A stretch of DNA of 21,254 nt from Ginkgo biloba (lineage: Eukaryota; Plantae; Ginkgophyta), in assembly GCA_024626585.2 (NCBI GenBank), contig JANKJI020000002.1, positions 117,250,650 to 117,271,903 on the forward strand, given 5' to 3'. The translations under genes were made by a program, and so were the position numbers. Below are positions 12,136 to 21,254 of the stretch, one piece after another (the stretch's first letter is position 1; each line of letters begins with the position of its first letter). Below the pieces are notes generated by a model. That model saw only the letters and a list, made by a program, of their open reading frames with translations, ran no database searches and was not told where the DNA came from.

Positions 12136-12536
12136 TAAAGTTATGTTAACGAGTCATATCATTTAGCCTAAGGATAATTGAACATACATGATAACTTCCT
12201 AAATTATTAATCTAACTGGTGGATTACATCCAAGTTTTCAAGAAACCATTATCTAACTATTCAATTCAACCTCCTAGTTGGAGCTACCTAAAATGGACAT
12301 TTTCCATATGAAAAAGATACTAATTGATACTCCATCAGGTGCACACATACACAAAAACTAGGAGATCATAGGCTTAGAACCATTTAGAGGTCACATGGAC
12401 TTGATTCATAAGAGGGGATATGACTAAAGAGAAAAANNNNNNNNNNNNNNNNNNNNNNNNNNNNNNNNNNNNNNNNNNNNNNNNNNNNNNNNNNNNNNNN
12501 NNNNNNNNNNNNNNNNNNNNNNNNNNNNNNNNNNNN

Positions 12537-12719
12537 AATTTAAAATATATGCTATCTAACCAAATTACTAGATATGAGTCAAGGATGTCACTCCTAAATA
12601 AGATAAACCATGCATAATTTTAATCATGTTTACCAATATATTTCTAGTCATAATATAACTAAAATCAAACCAAATACATCACCCTAATCATGTACCCATG
12701 GCCTACATGGGCCACGATA
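12537..12719 (-). mobile_element. LTR terminal fragment (copy C) of the same family
   Basis: Matches the last ~180 bp of copy B (AAATACATCACCCTAATCATGTACCCATGGCCTA) and ends CCACGATA; left edge abuts an N gap. Confidence 0.7.
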
Positions 12720-13172
12720 ATAGAGGACATTCACTGATTTTAAGAAATCAGTAATTGAACAAGACTATAACCTTTTTGTAAATCCTTTTTGGATAGTAGT
12801 AAGAAAAATAGTGACAAGAAAAGAAATAGATTAACAAATCCAATTAGATCTATAACAAATACAAACCATCAATTGAAAAATATCCTTTCATAAGACAAAC
12901 AAGTTCTACATCAAACTCTACTAGGCATAATTGAGGAATGGGGATGGCACCTAACTAATGGATAATTTAATAAATGGTAATTTTAAATTTTATGTTGGCC
13001 ATTAATCGAACAACTTATCCTATTTGGCATACACTTTAGAATTAGTATCTTGAAAACAATTCCAACATATTGATGTAGGGAATCTTTTAGAAGGTAATTT
13101 TTAGAATAGAAAAATTATGGTTGTTCCTAATGTGCTTCCTATAAGGTTGCTAAACAACTCTAATATAAATGT
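12537..13172 (+). repeat. Direct repeat, copy 2 of 9100-9730
   Basis: Same shared blocks as copy 1; similarity stops at TGTAATATCGG (13173). Confidence 0.85.
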
Positions 13173-14570
13173 TGTAATATCGGTCCAACGGACCGTTCCC
13201 CAACCAAATNNNNNNNNNNNNNNNNNNNNNNNNNNNNNNNNNNNNNNNNNNNNNNNNNNNNNNNNNNNNNNNNNNNNNNNNNNNNNNNNNNNNNNNNNNN
13301 NNNNNNNNNNNNNNTTAAGAGAAGGAGATAAATATAATAAACTAAAATACACTTCACTTTCTCTTTACTTTCATAAATAAAAGGCTAAGGAGAGAAAGCA
13401 AACTCAAGCAAGCATGTAAGATAAGGCCCCCTTTTTCCTATTCAACACATCCCCCCAATACATTATTTATTTCACTACAAATAAAGGTAAGTAGTGAGCG
13501 TGGCTGTAACTAGCTCCTTTCTAATAAAAAATATCCCAAAGGCATAGGGAGATGAAACAAACTAATAAAATAGATAAAAAGAGATTACTTCCCTCCTATT
13601 CCCTTCCTTTTCTTTTTCTTTTTTAAAGTAAAACAATAGGAGAAAAATACAATAAAATAAAGAAGAGGGTGATTTCACAAGAAAGAAATAGNNNNNNNNN
13701 NNNNNNNNNNNNNNNNNNNNNNNNNNNNNNNNNNNNNNNNNNNNNNNNNNNNNNNNNNNNNNNNNNNNNNNNNNNNNNNNNNNNNNNNNNNTCCAAAGTT
13801 TAGAAACTTTGGAAAAAATTGAATTTGACAGCGGGGCCAGAAAAAATTTTGAATTTTTCTAAAAAATATTGCGAATTTCAAATTTGTTCTCCAAATTTAT
13901 AGGTGTCTCTAGATCGGGGGAGGTCTTACGCACCGATGGTGGATGTTGCAGGGGGGCAGGGGCCCCAGTGTGGTTCTGCACAGGGTGCCATGAGGGGGGA
14001 AGTCGTGGGGCAACTTGGCGAGGGTTATGCAAGGGGTGCAAAGGATCATGGGTGCCGCGAGAGACTCACGTAAGCTGGAGCAGGGGCTCGCGGGTCTGGG
14101 GGCCAGAGCAGGGACAACAAGGGCCCATGGGGGCCTAAACTCCACCGAAGGACACGAGGAGCTAAGGCAGGGACTCAAAGGAGGAGTCCATAGGGATAAG
14201 GGAAACTGCCCCAAGCTGTCAAACCAAAAATCGTTCCTCCAGAGAAAATCACCCAAGAAAACACTAGGCCACCCACCTCCACTGAATGTCTAAACACTCT
14301 AGGGTACAAACATGGGACTAGAGGTGTGACAATCTACACCACATAATAACGATAATCACCAGATCAAAGAAATATTTTTCAACCACATAGAAAACTCAAG
14401 AAGCCACAGGACTTTCCACCATCAACCTCCTTGTCCCAGTCTAGGGATGGGGTGGTTTAGGCTGAGACCATAGAGCCACCAGAAACATCGCGCGAGCAAA
14501 CGACCATCCAGAGCTAGAAACTAAAATGTGCATACATTTTCTTAATTCATCACCGATTGCCACCGACTCA
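13173..14570. mobile_element. Probable younger TE/LTR segment with a GC-rich, CpG-retaining core (~13890-14520)
   Basis: Starts TGTAAT where the duplicated flank homology breaks; the core is much more GC-rich than its surroundings. No second terminus, TSD or PBS identified, and two N gaps interrupt it. Confidence 0.4.
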
Positions 14571-15180
14571 GATCAAATTTAATGAGTCCTTCATTTAATC
14601 TATTATGGATATATGTAATTTAATTTTTATTTATTTTTTATTGAATTGGTGGTTGTTGGAATTTATATATGTCATATGCATTTGAATGAAAAAATATGAT
14701 GTCACGTTTAAAAATAATGCTCAAATCGTTGGTTTAAACTATATTACATATGTATGGCATGCGAATTTAATGTGAATCTATTAACGTTTAAATTTTTGGT
14801 TTAATAATCTATTATAGACGATCATAACTTTTTTCACACCTTGGGGCTAAGTTTTCTATATCTTGGACTGATTTCATATGGTGAATATCTCATAAGGGTA
14901 AATATCTGACGGGGTTTCATATATATCGTAATTGTTAAATATCACATGACTATTATATGTGTGCATTTAATAGCTAATACATGTTTTAAATATATGCATT
15001 TCAAATATTTTATGCAATTATAACATGGGTTTCAAATATTATGAGCGTTTATAGACCCACTTTTCTCTCTTTAGTTGAATNNNNNNNNNNNNNNNNNNNN
15101 NNNNNNNNNNNNNNNNNNNNNNNNNNNNNNNNNNNNNNNNNNNNNNNNNNNNNNNNNNNNNNNNNNNNNNNNNNNNNNNN

Positions 15181-17977
15181 TAACTAAGTAAAGGACTTAT
15201 TTTCAGTGATAAAATTAAGATTAAAAAGTTATAAGAGAAACATTTGGCACCTCATGGATAATTTTTAGGATTTCTTAATAGATTACATCCCCAGGGAGGA
15301 TAACTAGCTTCCAAATGCCTTGTCCATGGTAGCTTCCCTTATGGAACCAAGGGCATCGATCCCACTCCAATGTTTCTCGATTAAAATGATCACCAAATCC
15401 TCTGTCCTCGATAACATGGAACACTAGCNNNNNNNNNNNNNNNNNNNNNNNNNNNNNNNNNNNNNNNNNNNNNNNNNNNNNNNNNNNNNNNAGACCTTGC
15501 TTATGAAATAGAGGAGGAATTTATATTGAGAGAGTTGATGAATGAAGAAATCATCAATCTTGGGAATTTTGACCTGGTATAATTTTCTTTGAAAGATATT
15601 GTTGATATTCCTAAAAATGACTTTCATGACAATAATCAAGATAATATTTTTTAGGAAGATGTAAAAAGAACCAAAAGGGACAGAGTCATCCAACTTAAAA
15701 TTAACAAGATTCCTAAGGGCCTATTATCATTGGAATACCCATTGAACATTCATGACTCCTATAAATTAGAGCCTTCTTAGAAGGAGTTGTTAAAGCGTCC
15801 CATCTAGAAGCTCAGACTATATAATATGGCAGGTGGAGATATCCTAAGAATAATCCTCATGGGAGAATGATGCACCCAAGAAGAAGTAGAGAATATCCTT
15901 GCACTATGTGAGAATTTCCATGATGTACTTGCCTGGGATTATGATGGCCTTAGAGATTTTAATCCAAAAATCATCCAGTATGTCATTCCACTGAAACCCA
16001 GGACAAAGCCCTTTAGGCAAAAGAAGAGGGAAGTGAACCCCAAAATAAAAGACATGATGTGGCATAAAGTACAATAAATTTACAATGCCAAGATCATTTT
16101 TCCAGTGCATCACTCATCTTAGGTGGCCAATCTAGTCCCTGATAGAAAAAATAATGGATACCTAAGGCTCTTTATTGATTACAGGAACCTGAACAAGGAA
16201 TCATTAAAGGACAATCACCCCCTTCCTTAGATGGAGAAACTCCTGCAAGCCACAACTAGGTCAAATATGATATCCTTACTAGATGGGTTTTTAGGATGTA
16301 ACCAAGTCCTATTCAGTGAGGAATATTGGCACAATAACCTTTTTACTACCATCTAGGGCACCTTTTCTACAAAAGGATGCCTTTTGGCTTGNNNNNNNNN
16401 NNNNNNNNNNNNNNNNNNNNGGTAATGGATTTTGTGCTTAGAGAATTAATAGTAAACATGGTGGTCATTTATTTGGATGATCTTATCATATTTTTTAAAG
16501 ATCACCAAGAGTATGTTATGCACCTGTAGTAAGTTTTTCAGAAGTGTAGAGACTGGGGTATTTCCCTGAACCCAAAGAAGTCAGTCTTTGAAGTAACAAA
16601 AGGAAAATTAATAGGACATATCATCTCTAAAGAGGGGACATATATTGATCCTAATGGGGCCAAATCCATTAAAGAGATCCCATTACCTACCAGTAGAAAA
16701 GGGATTCAATCCTTCTTTGGAAAGATCAACTTCTTAAGGCACTTCATCCCTGATTTTTCCTACATCACCCTTCCAATTAAAAAACTACTCAGAAAAGGTG
16801 TTGATTTCAGATGGATCTAAGAAGTAAAAGAAGCATTCAATAACATCAAGGAATGCATTATCAAAGCTCCTATCTCAGTAGGGACCAATTTCAATAAGGA
16901 TTTTATGATCTATTCCTATGCCTTGGGAGAAGCCTATGCCTCTATGCTAATGTAGAAGGATGATCAAGGCCATGAGAAGCCTTTTATATTATTAAGTTGA
17001 TCCTTGAATGATTTTTATCTATAGTAAACCCCTATGGAGAAGTAGGCTTCTGTATTAGTTAAGGTTGTTGAATAATTTAATCCATACATCATCCATTCCC
17101 ATACCATTACATTTGTACCCTTAGCACTAGTGAAAGTTATGCCAGGTCAAGCAAAACCCATAGGAAAGTGGGCAAGGTGGATAGAAAAAGTCTAAGAATT
17201 TGACATTAATTTCAAGCCTATGAAGATTATACGAGGGAAAGGATTGTGCAAGATGATTGCAGAATCTCAAGTAAATAACTTATCCCAACTTTAGGAAGTA
17301 GATAATACCAATGCCATAGATGACATCAACANNNNNNNNNNNNNNNNNNNNNNNNNNNNNNNNNNNNNNNNNNNNTGGAGGATATAAGATAATATTTGAT
17401 TAAAGGAGAGTGCCTAGATTATCTTAATCCAAGTGCTAAAAGAATAATGAAACTCAGAGTTATTTCCTACATATTATTATAAGGAAGACTATATAGATAG
17501 GGATATGACGACACCTTGTTCTAATGCCTCAGTATTCTAGAATCCACACAAATCCTAAATGAATTTCATGAAGGTGTATGTGGAAGACATTTTTTAGCCA
17601 TAGCTACAACACATAAGATCCTATGGGCAGGGTTCTTTTGGCCTACTATGTTCAAAGATGCCTTTCAAAATATTAGAAATCATTACTAGTGCCAAAAGTT
17701 TATAGGGAAGAAAAAATTATCTACAATGCCCTTACAACCCATCCATTCTAAGAATCCATTAGAGAAATGGTGATTAGACTTCATTGGTCTAATTAATCCA
17801 AATTCAAGTAGAGGCCAAAAATTCATCCCTACTACTACAAATTACTTCACCCCTTGGTCCAAAGCAATCTCTACAAAAAGGGAAACCAAAGGAGTAGTGG
17901 TTGAATTCCTAGAACAAGTTCTCATGCTAAGGTTCAAAGTGATTGCAACCATGATATCAGATAATGGCTCAACTTTA
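15181..17977 (+). mobile_element. Decayed Tat-clade Ty3/gypsy pol (aRH-RT-RH-INT, TatII-like order)
   Basis: RT: FHDVLAWDY...KPFRQKKR...VANLVP...IDYRNLNKESLKDNHPLP...LDGFLGCNQV...RMPFGL...IYLDD (YLDD 16470-16481)...SLNPKKS...GKLIGHIIS. RH: DFMIYS...MEK*A...KWARWIEKV*EFD. INT: EFHEGVCGRH...AGFFWPTMFKDA...CQ...W*LDFIG...ISDNG. Many stops and at least one frameshift; bounded by N gaps. Confidence 0.93.
15182..15337 (+). pseudogene. C-terminal part of the additional (archaeal-type) RNase H domain, upstream of RT
   Basis: N*VKDLFSVIKLRLKSYKRNIWHLMDNF*DFLIDYIPREDN*LPNALSMVAS fits the aRH consensus xQV.G...K..RL..Y......L...F..F.I..IPR..N..AD.LA..AS. Confidence 0.78.
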
Positions 17978-18712
17978 NNNNNNNNNNNNNNNNNNNNNNN
18001 NNNNNNNNNNNNNNNNNNNNNNNNNNNNNNNNNNNNNNNNNNNNNNNNNNNNNNNNNNNNNNNNNNNNNNNNNNNNNAAAAAATTTAGTATAGACATCTC
18101 TTTACTTAAACTTAAGGATGTTGGAAAATAAATTATTGGTATATGGAAGAAAATAAGGGGTACAATTCTAGCCAAATATTAAGTAAGTAAAAGATAGATG
18201 TTACGAATTAAAGATATTAAAAATTCTATGAAGAAAATAGAAAACTCAATGAAGGAAACAAAAGGGAAAAATAAGTGTGGTTTAAAATGAATATTGTTGG
18301 CTTAAAATAAAAGGAAATTTCAAGGACTTAGTTGGATTCAAACACNNNNNNNNNNNNNNNNNNNNNNNNNNNNNNNNAGATCATAAAAAATTGACAACTT
18401 AAAAGGATTCGATGTAAAGAGTAAAAAAATCATATGGAAACTAAAATTATATATATAAGTATAAATTCTACCAAAAATCTATAAAGGCACAATAATTACC
18501 CAATATAATTTTTCATACATAAAGTGATCACAAAAAAATATTAGTATTATAAGGAACGATTTGCATGAAGACATGATGATATTTATGAAAATTATAGACA
18601 AATTAAGGTTAAGGTATTCAATACGTGAAAGAAATGGAGACCATGCTCAAACATTCTTTAAGTCTCCAAGAATCCTTATTCAACTAAAGTGGATAAAGAA
18701 TTCTAGGAAAAA

Positions 18713-19170
18713 GAAATCAAACAAGTAATTAAGTATATGACAAGTTTTGGCATTCTAGGATCATATGGATTCTTAATAAAAATGGTATAACAAATATTAT
18801 AGCCCTATTAGGTTTCGACTAATTCAAATAAAAAATAACTCATATTGTATAATTTTCATACATAAGACTATAAACTCTAATTGTATCTATCTAGTCCTTA
18901 ACAAAGAAGAAGAAGAAAACTAATATACTAGAAAATGATAATGCTAAGAAATGTATCATATAAAATTAAATTACAAATTTAATATAAATAGAATATTTTT
19001 TTAACATTAGACACATTCATATCAATCCTATAAACAACATCTATCTAGGTTGGAAAGATCTAATATAATATTATGGTGGTAGAGGAATCAATGTACATTA
19101 TTCATCATCAACATAGTAAATCCATGATATAGTTGAGATCGACATATTAAAATATTTTTCCATTAATTAA
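18713..19170 (+). mobile_element. Heavily decayed L1-type LINE RT N-terminal region
   Basis: EIKQVIKYMTSFGILGSYGF at 18713 (cf. EIK.A...M...KAPGPDGF). IMLRNVSYKI follows in frame 75 codons later at 18938 (cf. ITLLNVSYKI), about the expected spacing. VEIDILKYF near 19130 resembles KxDFEKAY. Confidence 0.55.
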
Positions 19171-19282
19171 ATGGCCATTCATNNNNNNNNNNNNNNNNNN
19201 NNNNNNNNNNNNNNNNNNNNNNNNNNNNNNNNNNNNNNNNNNNNNNNNNNNNNNNNNNNNNNNNNNNNNNNNNNNNNNNNNN

Positions 19283-20300
19283 TTGGTTATCTATAAAGAA
19301 AATTATAAATGGGGGTCCCATTTATGGGTTAACAAGGTAACCAAATTTTTTAAAGTCCCAAACTCTAAATAGTATGTTTGTTGAGTTTCAGACCTATATT
19401 TCTAATTAACTAATTTGTTTTCCCTTTTGGGTCCTTGGGGATAAGGATAAGTGTTATTTATACATATTATTTTGAATTCCTAGACTCTAAAACCTCACCT
19501 TTTCTCAAACCCAAGCATGATTTTTCCCTCAACTAACACTTATTTCTCATTCAAGTGCACAAGATTGAGAGGGATGACATTTCTTCACCACCAAAAATTT
19601 GAATCCCAAAATCTTAAAAGTCTCCCCTCTACTTCATCAAATCAAATTTACATTCATGTCCACAACAAATATTAGTTTTACTCATTCTAAACTCCTAGAA
19701 CATTGAACACTAAACACCAAATTATGTCCTTAAGTCATAACATATTTGAAAACCTTTTTTGGTGATAGTTTAGTCCTATGATGGTTCATGAGTCACTTGT
19801 ACATGCCTCATTCTTTTCCCTTTCGAACCTTGATGTTTTTCAGGGTCTTATAAGAAGAATAAACTACTTGTCTCTATTCATATTACTAAAATCCCAAAAT
19901 CCTAAAACTCTATCTAAATAATTCTACAAGTAAGGAATATGCCTAGAACCTCCTTTTTTATCAATTTTATTTTTCCCTCCACATTCTGGATGCTTCCAAT
20001 TCATAAACTTCTAAATGTTAAAAATAAGCCCATTATTTCCATGGATTCTACACCCTATGTCATCCCCTTATTCTCCTATAGTAGTGTCTTAGTATTTGGT
20101 TCCAATTTGATCTCTAGGATACCTTCCTCTCGATTACCTACAAAAACACACAAAAGGAAGCGAATCCCACATGTGGGTCAACAATACAACTTTTTTTTAG
20201 GAAATATTTTTCTCCACATACTTTGTTACAATTTTGGTCTAATCAACTTTGCCACTCTGCACAATTTGATCTAGTTTCTACTTACTTTATTTTATAGAAT
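19283..20300 (-). mobile_element. Possible very decayed, internally deleted LINE fragment
   Basis: Minus strand has WDSLPFVCFCR*SRGRYPRD near 20115-20175 (weakly like an ORF1 zinc knuckle) and ESRNSK*CINNT..LIPK near 19435-19490 (weakly like the RT-proximal NxTFIxLIPK). Short motifs only. Confidence 0.3.
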
Positions 20301-21254
20301 TTCCATGGTTCATTGTCATTTTAATTTCTCTAATACTTATTTCAATGTCCTTTTTTGCTTCCCATTTATCAATTTATTTTTCAATCAAGCTAAAAATTTG
20401 CTTATATTTTTTACAATCAACTAGAAAATTTTTATATCTTTAAAAAATAATGCTCGTATTGATCTTAGAAATAAATCATCATGTGCGTAATGTGAACTTT
20501 TAAGAAGATTTAGTTTGCATAAAGGACAACATCCTTGATACTCATGATAATGATATGAAGTAGAGTATGAGAGAGAGAGAAATTATTTGGTCAAAAAATT
20601 GTACAACTAAATACTTACCTCACCCTAATAATTAATTCAACTAAATAGATTCTCTCACCTTTTTTTCTAAGAATATTTCTTGCTAATATTTAAAGATTAT
20701 TTTAATTGAACAATTTTGGCGTGTAACCCAAGAGAATTTCTACCGTATAAAAACTTAAAAATTGCCCCCCAAAAATTATATAATTTTCCTATTCATTGAT
20801 TTTTCTACACTATAAAAATGTAATCTTGATCCTAATTCTTTTCTTTATAAAATTTAACATAAATTAACTCTTCCTTTTTATTTTATTTTTAAATATTATT
20901 TTTTGAAAGCAATGAAAGAGTAGTATTTTTGACAAATAGTTATAACATTTAATTTCTAAAGCTAAATTTCCTATATTATTATAATAATCATAATAAATAA
21001 ATATTTTAATTTTNNNNNNNNNNNNNNNNNNNNNNNNNNNNNNNNNGCACCTTCAACTCATTACAATCTACATGGATCTAAAAAAAATGGTGATCTAATG
21101 TCTTATGCAAAAATTATTTGTAGGTAAAGTAATATCTTAATATTTGATATTTTATTATCTAATTTTAGTCTTAAAAAATAAAAAATCAAAAAAGAAATTT
21201 AAAAATAGGGACCACTACACATGGAGTTATGAATCAATGTGCAAAAGATCAATG

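Noticed and set aside
13859-14293. Four overlapping ORFs in the GC-rich segment
   Set aside because: Expected from low stop-codon frequency in GC-rich DNA; no recognisable domain.
19939-20274. 111-aa + strand ORF
   Set aside because: No homology; more likely the antisense reading of decayed TE sequence.

Overview
AT-rich eukaryotic DNA from a plant with a large genome, most likely a gymnosperm (inferred from the retroelement types and a lone exon among decayed repeats). The only host coding sequence I can support is one 198-bp internal exon (10023-10220, + strand, AG/GT, phase 0-0) of a DUF1365-family gene; I found no neighbouring exons in the unmasked sequence. The rest is mainly decayed transposons: (i) a minus-strand chromovirus-type Ty3/gypsy 5' end (gag remnant, degenerate Met PBS, ~2.3-kb LTR at 976-3302) plus two more LTR copies (6976-9282, 12537-12719); (ii) L1-type LINE RT remnants (5863-6660 minus; ~18713-19170 plus); (iii) a plus-strand Tat-type Ty3/gypsy pol remnant in the order aRH-RT-RH-INT (15181-17977); (iv) a five-unit ~172-bp tandem repeat; (v) a CpG-retaining GC-rich segment. 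I cannot support a novel multi-gene system. The best leads are a direct duplication flanking the exon, a candidate cryptic spliced transcript upstream of it, ORF-like sequence inside the LTR, and a possible trimeric higher-order structure in the tandem repeat. Many N gaps limit boundary calls, and most supplied ORFs are N-run or AT-rich artefacts. All alignments were done by eye.
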